A stretch of 57,867 bases of DNA. Source: Candidatus Parcubacteria bacterium. GTDB taxonomy: Bacteria; Patescibacteriota; Microgenomatia; Levybacterales; GWA1-39-11. The position numbers and the translations under genes are program-made. Location of the stretch: positions 1-57,867 of the forward strand of contig QZIP01000038.1 in NCBI GenBank assembly GCA_003599595.1, given 5' to 3'. How positions within the stretch are numbered: position 1 is the first letter of the stretch; each line of letters begins with the position of its first letter. This document shows positions 1-7,941 of the stretch, in pieces. A model generated the notes under the pieces. It did not search any database. It worked only from the letters and a program-made list of their open reading frames with translations, and was not told the origin of the DNA.

Positions 1-1
1 C

Positions 2-173
2 GATTTTGGATATTAGTTCAGAATTTAACAAAGGACTGTCATTGCGAGCACGTCCGATTACACTCACAGTGCGAAGCAATCTCAAAATAGAGACCGCCAC
101 GTCGCTAAAGCTCCTCGCGATGACAGCAAAAAAGGTTTTTGGAAACTCCTGAACAGTTGAGATTTTGAATATT
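2..173. repeat. Nested-palindrome MITE/REP-like element upstream of lon
   Basis: Inverted termini CTGTCATTGCGAG (36-48) / CTCGCGATGACAG (114-126), 12 of 13 complementary. Outer GTTCAG (16-21) / CTGAAC (149-154). Flanking direct repeat GATTTTGGATATT (2-14) / GATTTTGAATATT (161-173). GCGAAGCAA core at 71-79. Confidence 0.55.
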
Positions 174-267
174 GATATAAGGTTAGAATTTAAATATACT
201 ATAAATCAGCCTTGATAAGCTTTAACAATTTATATAGATAGATATATTTAAAAAGACTTTGAGGCAA

Positions 268-296
268 TTGACAATTAGCAAATAATGTGCTAGACT
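268..296 (+). promoter_or_regulatory. Sigma70-type promoter of lon: TTGACA, 17-nt spacer, TGC-TAGACT
   Basis: TTGACA at 268-273, 17-nt spacer, TAGACT at 291-296 preceded by TG. The ATG at 305 is only 8 nt past the -10 box and there is no SD, implying a leaderless or near-leaderless mRNA. Confidence 0.5.
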
Positions 297-301
297 GCTA
301 A
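275..301 (+). promoter_or_regulatory. CIRCE-like dyad overlapping the lon promoter (candidate HrcA operator)
   Basis: TTAGCAAAT-N9-GACTGCTAA has the 9+9+9 geometry of CIRCE (TTAGCACTC-N9-GAGTGCTAA). The outer 6 bp of each arm match; the inner positions are poorly conserved. Confidence 0.3.
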
Positions 302-304
302 AGT

Positions 305-2707
305 ATGAATTCAGCTGTTGATAAGCCTCAAGATAAATTAATTCCTATAATTCCAATTAGAGACGGAATCGTCTTTCCTCATACGGAATCAATTCTAACA
401 TTTGGAAGGCCCAAAAGCCTTGCTGCACTTGAGTCTGCTTTTGCAGGAGAAAGAGTGGTATGTTTTGTACTTCAAAAAAACCCCAAGCAAAATGACCCGG
501 AATCCCAGGATCTATATGGAATGGGCACAGTTTCTCACATTGAGAGAATGATCAGAACTGACGGAGAAGTTAATGCTTTGGTTAAAGGTTTGGCTAGAGC
601 AAAAATCCTTGGATATGAAGAAAGAGATGGATATCTTATGGCACGGGTTGAAGAAATTGATGAAAATTTGGCAGGCAATCCTGACATAAAAGCTCTTTCA
701 AATCATTTAGTAGCAGAATTTAAAAAAGCACTTAGTCTTGGAAAACAGGCAGACTTTTTGGTTTATATGAATATATTGTCTGAAATAACCGCCGGAGAAC
801 TGGCAGATCAAATTGCCTCAACTCTTGATATCAAAGGTTCTGAGAGACAAGAAATTCTTGAAACAATAGACATAAGACAAAGGCTTGAGAAAGTTACTGA
901 ATTTTTGTCCCGTGAGGTTAAAGTTCTAGAATTAGAAAGAAAAATAGCAGCAAAAACTCAAGAACAATTTGAGAAAAGCGCAAAAGAAGCGATACTGCGC
1001 GAAAGACTAAAAACTATTGAAAAAGAGCTTGGGGAAAGTGATGAAGGCAGTGAGATAAAAGAATTGGCATTGAAAATCAAAAAGGCAGGAATGCCAAAAG
1101 ATGTTGAAGAAAAGGCACACAAGGAACTTAAAAAACTTCAGCAGATCACACCTTACAATCCAGAAGCTGGCTGGATTAGAAATTATCTTGACTGGTTAAT
1201 AGCTCTTCCATGGAGTAAGACAAGCAAAAATAATATTGACATAAAAGAAGCAGAAAAGATCTTAAATGAAGATCATTTTGGTCTTAATAAAGCCAAAGAA
1301 AGGATTATCGAATATTTGGCAGTTCATAAGCTTGCAGGCAAAATGAAAGGTCCTATTCTTTGTTTTGTAGGACCACCAGGGGTTGGTAAAACATCCATTG
1401 GTAAATCCATTGCAAGAGCATTGGGAAGAAAATTTGTTAAGGTTTCACTTGGTGGAATTAGAGATGAAGCAGAAGTAAGAGGTCACAGAAGAACTTATGT
1501 TGGTGCGCTTCCAGGAAGAATTATTCAGGGGATAAAAGACGCCGGAACAGTAAATCCTGTCTTTATGTTGGATGAAATAGATAAAGTTGGTGCTGACTTC
1601 AGAGGAGATCCATCATCTGCACTTCTTGAAGCACTAGATCCTGAACAGAACCACGCATTTTCAGATCATTATTTAGACGTTCCATTTGATCTTTCAGATG
1701 TGATGTTTATTACTACAGCGAATATGTTGGACACTATTCCTCCCGCTTTAAGAGATAGACTTGAGATCATTCATTTTGCAGGCTACACAGAAGATGAAAA
1801 ATTCCACATTATTAAAGATTTCTTAATAAAAAAACAATATAAAGCCCACGGATTAAAATATGAAGATGCTCAGATTTTAGATGAGGCTTTGCATTATGTT
1901 ATTCAAAGATACACAAAGGAGGCAGGAGTTAGAAATTTAGAAAGGGAACTTGCAACAGTTCTTAGGAAAATTGCCAAAACAAAAGCAGAAGGCAAAAATA
2001 AAAAGGTTATTGTTACGCCTAAAAATGTTTCAAAATTCCTTGGGGCAGAAAAGTTTAGTCAGTCCCTTGCGGAGAAAAAAGATGAGGCGGGTATGGCAAC
2101 AGGACTTGCCTGGACACAAGCAGGTGGGGAGATACTTTTTATAGAAGTTGCTCTTATGCCAGGCCGCGGCCGGCTAACCTTGACAGGTCAATTAGGAGAA
2201 GTAATGAAAGAAAGCTGCCAGGCGGCTCTATCATATATTAGGGCAAGAGCCAAAAAGTTTGGCGTAAAGGATAATTTTTATCAGAAAACTGATATTCATG
2301 TCCATGTTCCTGAAGGTGCGGTTCCAAAAGACGGTCCATCAGCAGGAACCGCAATAACAACAGCTCTTGTTTCTGCCTTGGCAAAAAATCCCGTTAATCA
2401 TCTAGTGGGTATGACAGGGGAAGTGACGCTTAGAGGTAGGGTGCTTGAGATAGGCGGAGTAAAAGAAAAAGTAATTGCCGCTCACCGTGCAGGACTTAAA
2501 ATTATTATTATGTCCAAAGAAAACAGAAAAGATTTAGAGGATATTCCCAAAGAAGTATTAAAAGATCTTAGATTTGTCTTTGTGTCTCATATGGATGAAA
2601 TTCTTAAAGTTGCGCTTACCAAGCCTCTACCAGGATTTAAAGAAATCAAAGGAGAAAAAGAAATAAGAGAAAATCTTATCTCTCTCCAGCCCACCCCTGC
2701 AGAATAA
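305..2707 (+). CDS. lon: ATP-dependent Lon protease (LonA type)
   Basis: 800 aa. N-terminal LON domain (IPIIPIRDGIVFP), Walker A GPPGVGKTS, Walker B FMLDEIDK, protease serine motif KDGPSAGTA. Confidence 0.97.
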   Translation: MNSAVDKPQDKLIPIIPIRDGIVFPHTESILTFGRPKSLAALESAFAGERVVCFVLQKNPKQNDPESQDLYGMGTVSHIERMIRTDGEVNALVKGLARAKILGYEERDGYLMARVEEIDENLAGNPDIKALSNHLVAEFKKALSLGKQADFLVYMNILSEITAGELADQIASTLDIKGSERQEILETIDIRQRLEKVTEFLSREVKVLELERKIAAKTQEQFEKSAKEAILRERLKTIEKELGESDEGSEIKELALKIKKAGMPKDVEEKAHKELKKLQQITPYNPEAGWIRNYLDWLIALPWSKTSKNNIDIKEAEKILNEDHFGLNKAKERIIEYLAVHKLAGKMKGPILCFVGPPGVGKTSIGKSIARALGRKFVKVSLGGIRDEAEVRGHRRTYVGALPGRIIQGIKDAGTVNPVFMLDEIDKVGADFRGDPSSALLEALDPEQNHAFSDHYLDVPFDLSDVMFITTANMLDTIPPALRDRLEIIHFAGYTEDEKFHIIKDFLIKKQYKAHGLKYEDAQILDEALHYVIQRYTKEAGVRNLERELATVLRKIAKTKAEGKNKKVIVTPKNVSKFLGAEKFSQSLAEKKDEAGMATGLAWTQAGGEILFIEVALMPGRGRLTLTGQLGEVMKESCQAALSYIRARAKKFGVKDNFYQKTDIHVHVPEGAVPKDGPSAGTAITTALVSALAKNPVNHLVGMTGEVTLRGRVLEIGGVKEKVIAAHRAGLKIIIMSKENRKDLEDIPKEVLKDLRFVFVSHMDEILKVALTKPLPGFKEIKGEKEIRENLISLQPTPAE

Positions 2708-2810
2708 CTCACATTAATTTTAAAATCAAGTTATTTTTTAGAATCATAATACAAATAGGGTAGTTTATTGGAATAAATAAGTCCTTAGGATCACAGAGGA
2801 AGCCAGTCTC

Positions 2811-2819
2811 TGCTATAAT
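2811..2819 (+). promoter_or_regulatory. Extended -10 box TGCTATAAT, 9 nt upstream of the dus ATG
   Basis: TGnTATAAT at 2811-2819, ATG at 2829, no SD in between. Confidence 0.4.
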
Positions 2820-2828
2820 AGCCTCAAT

Positions 2829-3791
2829 ATGAATAATTTTTGGATAAAGTTACCTATTCCTTTTACTGTTCTTGCTCCAATGGATGGAGTGACAGACATA
2901 GTTTTCCGTAGTGTTATAAAAAGTATTGCAAGACCAGACGTCTTTTTTACAGAATTCACAAGCTGTGACGGAATAATCTCTGCTGGGAAAAATATTTCAA
3001 TGCAAAAATTAAATTTTGATCCAAATGAAAAACCAATTGTGGCGCAAGTTTGGGGATCAAATCCTTCAAATTTTTATCAAACTGCAAAATATGTTAAAAA
3101 GTTTGGCTTTTCAGGTATTGACATAAATATAGGTTGCCCCGACAAAACAGTTGTAAAAAGTGGAGCAGGGGCAGCGTTAATTAATAATCCTTCTCTTACA
3201 AGAGAGATTATTAAAGCAGTAAAGGAGGGGGCAAATGGTCTCCCTGTTAGTGTGAAAACAAGAATAGGTTTTCAAAAAGAGCAAGTTGAGGAATGGATAG
3301 GGTTTTTATTGGAACAGGATCTAGAGGCAATAAGTATTCATTTGAGAACTGTAAAAGAACTTTCAAAAGTGCCTGCCCATTGGGAATTAATGCCAAAAAT
3401 CATTGATTTAAGAAATAAAATTAATCCAAAAACTTTAATTATTGGAAATGGTGATGTTAATTCTTTATCTGAAGTAGATGAAAAACATAAATTATATGGT
3501 TGTGAGGGTGTAATGATTGGAACAGGTGTCTTTTCAAACCCCTGGTTGTTTAATAAGACAATTAAAATGGAAGATATTTCAACTCTAGAGAGACTAGATT
3601 TATATTTGAAACACATAAGATTGTTTAATAAAATTTGGGGTGAAGAAAAAAAACCAGTAACCTTGAGAAAGTTCTGCAAAACATATGTAAATAATTTTTC
3701 CGGAGCAAGTGCTTTAAGGGAAAAAATGATGCAAACAGAAACAATAGAAGACTTGGTCAGCCTAATAAACAACTACAAACAAAACCTATAA
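2829..3791 (+). CDS. dus: tRNA-dihydrouridine synthase (Dus family)
   Basis: 320 aa. LAPMDGVTDIVFR N-terminus, IDINIGCP motif, TIM-barrel flavoenzyme pattern typical of Dus. Confidence 0.88.
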   Translation: MNNFWIKLPIPFTVLAPMDGVTDIVFRSVIKSIARPDVFFTEFTSCDGIISAGKNISMQKLNFDPNEKPIVAQVWGSNPSNFYQTAKYVKKFGFSGIDINIGCPDKTVVKSGAGAALINNPSLTREIIKAVKEGANGLPVSVKTRIGFQKEQVEEWIGFLLEQDLEAISIHLRTVKELSKVPAHWELMPKIIDLRNKINPKTLIIGNGDVNSLSEVDEKHKLYGCEGVMIGTGVFSNPWLFNKTIKMEDISTLERLDLYLKHIRLFNKIWGEEKKPVTLRKFCKTYVNNFSGASALREKMMQTETIEDLVSLINNYKQNL

Positions 3792-3834
3792 ATTATTTTC
3801 TTTATTAGAAACTAAAATAGCTTGTAAAATCTTA

Positions 3835-4356
3835 AGAAAAATATGGCGTCCTGATCCCAAAAATAAATCATTAATTCAGCTCCCAACCTGGCTTAATGGT
3901 TTTAAAAAACATAGGGAAAAGTTCCAGGGGTCTGGTCCATTTCCAGAAGCATTATTCTTAAGAACAGAAGATTTTTTCAAGGAGAATTATTTAAAACAAA
4001 CAAAAAGTCAGATGCTGCTTCACGGAGATTTTCATCACACTCATATCCTTTCCTCAAAAAGAGATGAATGGCTTGCAATTGATCCAAGGGGAATTACCGG
4101 TTGTCCTGTTTACGACGTTGCAACATTTCTAAATAATCCTAGACCAAGCTTATTAAAAAAACCAAATATAAAACAAATAATCAAAAAAAGAATCGAGATA
4201 TTCTCTAAAGAGTTTGATATGGATAAAAAAGAAATTATAGAGTGGGGAATTACTCAGTCAATGCTTTCTGCAATTTGGAGCCTGGAAGATCATGGAAGAG
4301 GTTGGGAATATGGAATAAATTTTGCAGAACTACTTTTTGAGATAGAGCTAGAATAA
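3835..4356 (+). pseudogene. 5'-truncated aminoglycoside 6-phosphotransferase (APH(6)/StrB-like) remnant
   Basis: The frame is open from 3835 but the first ATG is at 4012. LLHGDFHHTHIL...WLAIDPRG...YDVA parallels the LHGDLHHENI...LVIDPVG catalytic region of APH(6). About 100 N-terminal residues have no counterpart, and dus ends at 3791. Confidence 0.7.
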
Positions 4357-4365
4357 ATACCGACA

Positions 4366-4396
4366 AAGGTTACACCTTGACAAAAGGTGTAACCTT
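4366..4396. repeat. GGTTACACC-family perfect hairpin between convergent genes (possible bidirectional terminator)
   Basis: AAGGTTACACCTT (4366-4378), loop GACAA, AAGGTGTAACCTT (4384-4396). 13-bp perfect stem. Confidence 0.6.
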
Positions 4397-4455
4397 AATC
4401 CTTAAAACTGTTAAAGCTATTTCAGTCCCATGACTGTGTTCAGCAAAAATCAAGC

Positions 4456-5307
4456 TTAAACGTATCTTCTTGCTATTTCTCTGCAAAGGGTGTCAAGCTC
4501 TCTTCTTGATCTTAAGAATGCACTTGTTTTTCTAAAAGGAAAAACCTTGTCCCATAAACTTCTTTTAATTCCTGCCTTTTCATATTGACTAGTTTTAATA
4601 GTATGTGTCCCTCTTTTAGTATGAGGAATTGTTCCTTCTAACTCGCCATATATTCTTTTAAGCCGTTTTGGCACCCGTTGTCCCCTTGGATATTGATCTA
4701 ATTTTCTATTTGTGCCCTCATTGTATCTTTTAAGAGCAAGCGCTTTATAGTCATCCACTTCATATTCATCAACTCCTTTAAAATAATCATTCCAATACCA
4801 CACGGGAATCTTGGTATAGGCTATTTGCGTTTCTACTATTGCTTCAGGAAATGCCTCGGTGAATAAATCATTTGCCCGCTGGATGCTTTCTCCTTTATCT
4901 TTATAGTCATCAACTATTAGTATTCTTCCTTTTGTGTCAATACTCTTTCCATAAGTTTGTTCAACAATTAAAGGTGGTCCTTTAAAACTTCTTTCTAGGG
5001 ATGCATCAGAGAGTGGGCTGATATTTATAAATCTTATAGCAGGTAAAGTAGCGCCGGGAAAATAAACAGGAAATAGTTTTTTAAAGATATAAGCAAGAGG
5101 TCTAGCGCTTTTATCAAGAAAAAAAATACTATTAGGCATTTTTTGGTCCCTTACACGATCGGAGAAGCTGCACATAAATTTATGGGTTTCATCAATTAAT
5201 TCTGACAAGGAAAGCCTTTCTGGCATCTCTGATGTGTAAGCCTTCTCTGTTTGCTCGTATGTTGCTTCATACATTGGAAAAATTATGGAACATTCGCAAC
5301 TTCTCAT
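4456..5307 (-). CDS. Hypothetical protein with a phosphoribosyltransferase-like motif
   Basis: 283 aa. RILIVDDYKDKGESI resembles the PRPP-binding loop of type I PRTases. The start is ambiguous (alternative Met at MYEATYE). No SD. Confidence 0.45.
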   Translation of the reverse strand: MRSCECSIIFPMYEATYEQTEKAYTSEMPERLSLSELIDETHKFMCSFSDRVRDQKMPNSIFFLDKSARPLAYIFKKLFPVYFPGATLPAIRFINISPLSDASLERSFKGPPLIVEQTYGKSIDTKGRILIVDDYKDKGESIQRANDLFTEAFPEAIVETQIAYTKIPVWYWNDYFKGVDEYEVDDYKALALKRYNEGTNRKLDQYPRGQRVPKRLKRIYGELEGTIPHTKRGTHTIKTSQYEKAGIKRSLWDKVFPFRKTSAFLRSRRELDTLCREIARRYV

Positions 5308-5391
5308 AGATCAACTTATAGTAGAAAATTATAGCAGAAAAAGAAAGAAAATTAAATCTTATAAGATTGATTCACTTAAAAAGTGTTATTA

Positions 5392-6477
5392 GCTGAATTC
5401 GCAGTGGAAGTGCACCAGTTGTTAGGTGCGGGGATTCGCAAGTATTCTCTCAAGCATTTCATTTGGTGTCAAGTACCCCAGACATTTTCTCGGCGTGTTA
5501 TTCATGATATTCTCAATCCGGGTTAAATCTTTTTGGGTTAAATTGTCGACACTTTGTTTCTTGGGAACAAATTTTTTTAATCTACCAATGCCATTTTCAA
5601 TTGATCCTTTCTCCCAGGAGTGATATGAATTACAAGCATAGACTGGCATCATTGTTTGTTTGGTAAACTTCTCGTGTTGACTGTTCTCAGATCCTCGATC
5701 TATTGTCATGGTCTTTCGTAGTGTTTGATTCTCATGCTTCAATTGTATAACCAATGCTTTCCGTTTGGTTTGTGACTTTTGATCTTTGAGTTTTCTGATT
5801 CTCATTACCCGTGATTTTCTCTCAACTGTTGCTGATATTCCTGTTTTGTCTGTTGTAACAGTTCCCACATTATCTGTTTCCCAATGTCCTGCCTCACACC
5901 GTGTATTTGCCGCTTCTGGCCTCATTTCTATTGGTAAGGCTGTGGGTAACCTCACAGCCTTTACCTTTCTTCCATGCTTTTTCATCCGTCGTTTCCGGTG
6001 AAATGTTAAATGCTGCCACAGTTTCATTCCCCGTGTCTTTGACCGTTGTGAATAAATATACCGATAAATCGTTTCATCATTAAATGAATACTCAGGATAG
6101 TCAATTGAAAGTCTTGCTGCAATTTGTTCAGGACTCCAATAATATGGTTTTCTTAAATGCTTCCTTAGATACAAAAATACCAAAGGACATTTAAGTGGTG
6201 CTCTATATCGTTGTCTGTCTGCCCAAATCGTTGATCTTCTATCAGCAATGCACGGAAGATAGTTTTTTCCATATTTTGTATGTCGTTTGAGTTCACGAGA
6301 CAAACTTGAATGGGACCGTCCTAACCGGCGCGCTATTTCCCGTAATGATTCTCTTGACTCCTTCCGGGCAAACAGCTTTTCCCGTTCCTCAAGCGATAAA
6401 TGATGATATGTCCGCATTGATTTTACACCTCCTCCCGAATCCTATATTATACCTGAGTGGTGCACTTCGTTTGCGAA
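5392..6477 (-). mobile_element. IS30-family insertion sequence, apparently intact
   Basis: Imperfect terminal inverted repeats TTCGCAGTGGAAGTGCACCA (5398-5417) and TGGTGCACTTCGTTTGCGAA (6458-6477), 17 of 20 complementary. Single transposase ORF. About 1.08 kb. No clear target-site duplication. Confidence 0.8.
5422..6417 (-). CDS. IS30-family DDE transposase
   Basis: 331 aa. N-terminal HTH (SLREIARRLGRSHSSLSRELKR), HWETD, TIDRGSE and HSWEKGSIEN match the IS30 DDE pattern. Strong SD GGAGGAGGTG 8 nt upstream of the ATG. Confidence 0.9.
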   Translation of the reverse strand: MRTYHHLSLEEREKLFARKESRESLREIARRLGRSHSSLSRELKRHTKYGKNYLPCIADRRSTIWADRQRYRAPLKCPLVFLYLRKHLRKPYYWSPEQIAARLSIDYPEYSFNDETIYRYIYSQRSKTRGMKLWQHLTFHRKRRMKKHGRKVKAVRLPTALPIEMRPEAANTRCEAGHWETDNVGTVTTDKTGISATVERKSRVMRIRKLKDQKSQTKRKALVIQLKHENQTLRKTMTIDRGSENSQHEKFTKQTMMPVYACNSYHSWEKGSIENGIGRLKKFVPKKQSVDNLTQKDLTRIENIMNNTPRKCLGYLTPNEMLERILANPRT

Positions 6478-6537
6478 CCTAAAAACGTGCGGGTTTTTAT
6501 TTAAGCTTTGTATGTTGCAAATACCTTTCTAAACAGC

Positions 6538-6606
6538 AAAAACACCCTTGATCTTATTCAGAATCCCGACTTTGTCGGAATGATCCCTTTCGGGACCTCA
6601 AGGGTG
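6538..6606 (-). terminator. Complex stem-loop plus T5 run downstream of the 131-aa membrane-protein gene
   Basis: CACCCTTGA (6543-6551) pairs with TCAAGGGTG (6598-6606) around inner CCCGAC/GTCGG hairpins. It is followed on the minus strand by TTTTT (6538-6542). Confidence 0.5.
6563..6581. repeat. Degenerate CCCGAT-family palindrome copy
   Basis: ATCCCGACTTTGTCGGAAT. 7 of 9 arm positions pair. Confidence 0.4.
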
Positions 6607-6660
6607 CTCCTGCACTTTTATTCAGTTGTTGTGGAAAATGTTAGGTTACTGGCTCAAGAC

Positions 6661-7056
6661 CTACATGAACAGGTGGAAGATCCAGCCGATCACAAGTATT
6701 ACCATTGGGAAGAAGATCGCCTGGAGTGCGCTCTGTATGAAGTCCTTCTGTTTGCGCTCTATCACGGCCTTGATCGACCTGCCTGTTACAGGATCTGTGA
6801 GTGTCATCTCCTGGTTAGATCTCTCATTAGTACCGAAACCGGTCACGACCAATCTCCCAATAAGGAACAATCCCAAGGCTTGGGGGATGGTTAGACTAGG
6901 GAGGTCATTGAATGTGCTGACTGCGAACCACTGCCAGAAGATAGTGAGAACGTACCCTCCAAGAACGAGCGAGATCAGGAATAGAATTATGTTGCTGACG
7001 AATTTCGCTACACGGTTTTCCATGTTCTCGCTTACCTCAGATGTTTTGGTAGTCAT
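6661..7056 (-). CDS. Small integral membrane protein, unknown function (GC-richer block)
   Basis: 131 aa with hydrophobic helices. SD-like AAAGGA 7 nt upstream of the ATG. Terminator downstream. Overlapping plus-strand ORFs look like antisense shadows. Confidence 0.6.
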   Translation of the reverse strand: MTTKTSEVSENMENRVAKFVSNIILFLISLVLGGYVLTIFWQWFAVSTFNDLPSLTIPQALGLFLIGRLVVTGFGTNERSNQEMTLTDPVTGRSIKAVIERKQKDFIQSALQAIFFPMVILVIGWIFHLFM

Positions 7057-7175
7057 TAGATTGTCCTTTCTGTCCTTGCCAAGTTTGATTAGATGATATT
7101 AGCAAGAAGTAGGTGCGTGGTTAACACCGTCCCCACCAAAGGTGAGCTTGCCACCGCTTTTTTGAGATCGAGAAG

Positions 7176-7463
7176 TTAGTCCTTGATGACAAACCCGATG
7201 ACACAGATGATAAGTAGCGTAGCTGCCCAGATTGCACCCCATACTACATTCGCAGCAATGAGGCCGAAAAACGTTACACTAATTTCGACGATGAGTCTCG
7301 GCCACACCATGAGGGAGTTCATGTTGATAGATCCCCACTCATATTTGGGTATTCCGATGAATACTAGGGAAAGCAGTGCAACTATTGCTATCCACCACCC
7401 CCATGCCATTCCTATAGCAACCAGACACGCGATTCGGATACTAAGAAGGATTAGAAAACTCAT
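7176..7463 (-). CDS. Small integral membrane protein, unknown function (GC-richer block)
   Basis: Start chosen at the Met of MSFLILLSI because AAGGGAG lies 7 nt upstream. About 95 aa, three hydrophobic segments. Confidence 0.55.
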   Translation of the reverse strand: MSFLILLSIRIACLVAIGMAWGWWIAIVALLSLVFIGIPKYEWGSINMNSLMVWPRLIVEISVTFFGLIAANVVWGAIWAATLLIICVIGFVIKD

Positions 7464-7650
7464 GTCCAAGCTCCCTTCTGAACCAATACACATGTGAATT
7501 CCGCAACTCTCAATAGGCGGCACACCAGATACCTAATTTAATATTTCACCATAGGGATGACAGATATCCAGAGAACCACCTACTGAGTAGATTAGCTTTC
7601 CTCCAATCTTAGTTCGGTCTACCTAAGTCAAACACGATTTTTCACAACTA

Positions 7651-7669
7651 ATCCCGATTAAATCGGGAT
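7651..7669. repeat. CCCGAT-family 19-nt perfect palindrome
   Basis: ATCCCGATTAAATCGGGAT. Confidence 0.7.
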
Positions 7670-7866
7670 AATCTGTCAAAGTGCAAAAAATCCTTCTACG
7701 CATAAAGCTTTGAAGGACAAGAAATAAACAAAAGAAACAAAAAAACAGGCAGCAAAAAAATGCCTAGATTTATTTCTTTTGTGGAGTTGATTATATCTTA
7801 AAGAGGAAGAAAAGTCAATTACTATGAGATTTATCAGCAAAGCTAGGTTCCGCGTGGCACCTTAAT

Positions 7867-7901
7867 ATAAGATTACACCTTGTAACAAGGTGTAATCTTA
7901 T
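7867..7901. repeat. GATTACACC-family perfect hairpin downstream of the erm-like gene
   Basis: ATAAGATTACACCTT, loop GTAAC, AAGGTGTAATCTTAT. 15-bp stem. Confidence 0.6.
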
Positions 7902-7941
7902 ACACCATAATACTTATTATACTTTTACCTATAATGAAAGA

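Noticed and set aside
3338-3772. 144-aa minus-strand ORF inside dus, plus the other internal or antisense track ORFs (1950-2144, 5426-5623, 5786-6001, 5901-6083, 10715-10939, 10872-11105, 11763-11984, 16065-16307, 17278-17826, 19265-19938, 21943-22260, 23642-23863, 24683-24937, 27174-27392, 28024-28239, 28322-28540, 29549-29782, 32249-32712, 33341-33649, 35534-35788, 36278-36526, 38713-38928, 40090-40302, 41011-41196, 43479-43727, 44651-44833, 45322-45540, 49975-50221, 51776-52033, 52623-52808, 53322-53549, 55320-55614, 55947-56456)
   Set aside because: All are embedded in, or antisense to, long ORFs with clear family motifs. AT-rich sequence readily yields 60-100-aa spurious frames. None has a recognisable motif.
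6508-7497. Plus-strand ORFs 6508-6894, 6626-7096 and 7183-7497
   Set aside because: They lie antisense to the hydrophobic minus-strand ORFs, which have SDs and a terminator. Their translations (His/Pro/Arg-rich, no helices) look like shadow frames of GC-richer DNA.
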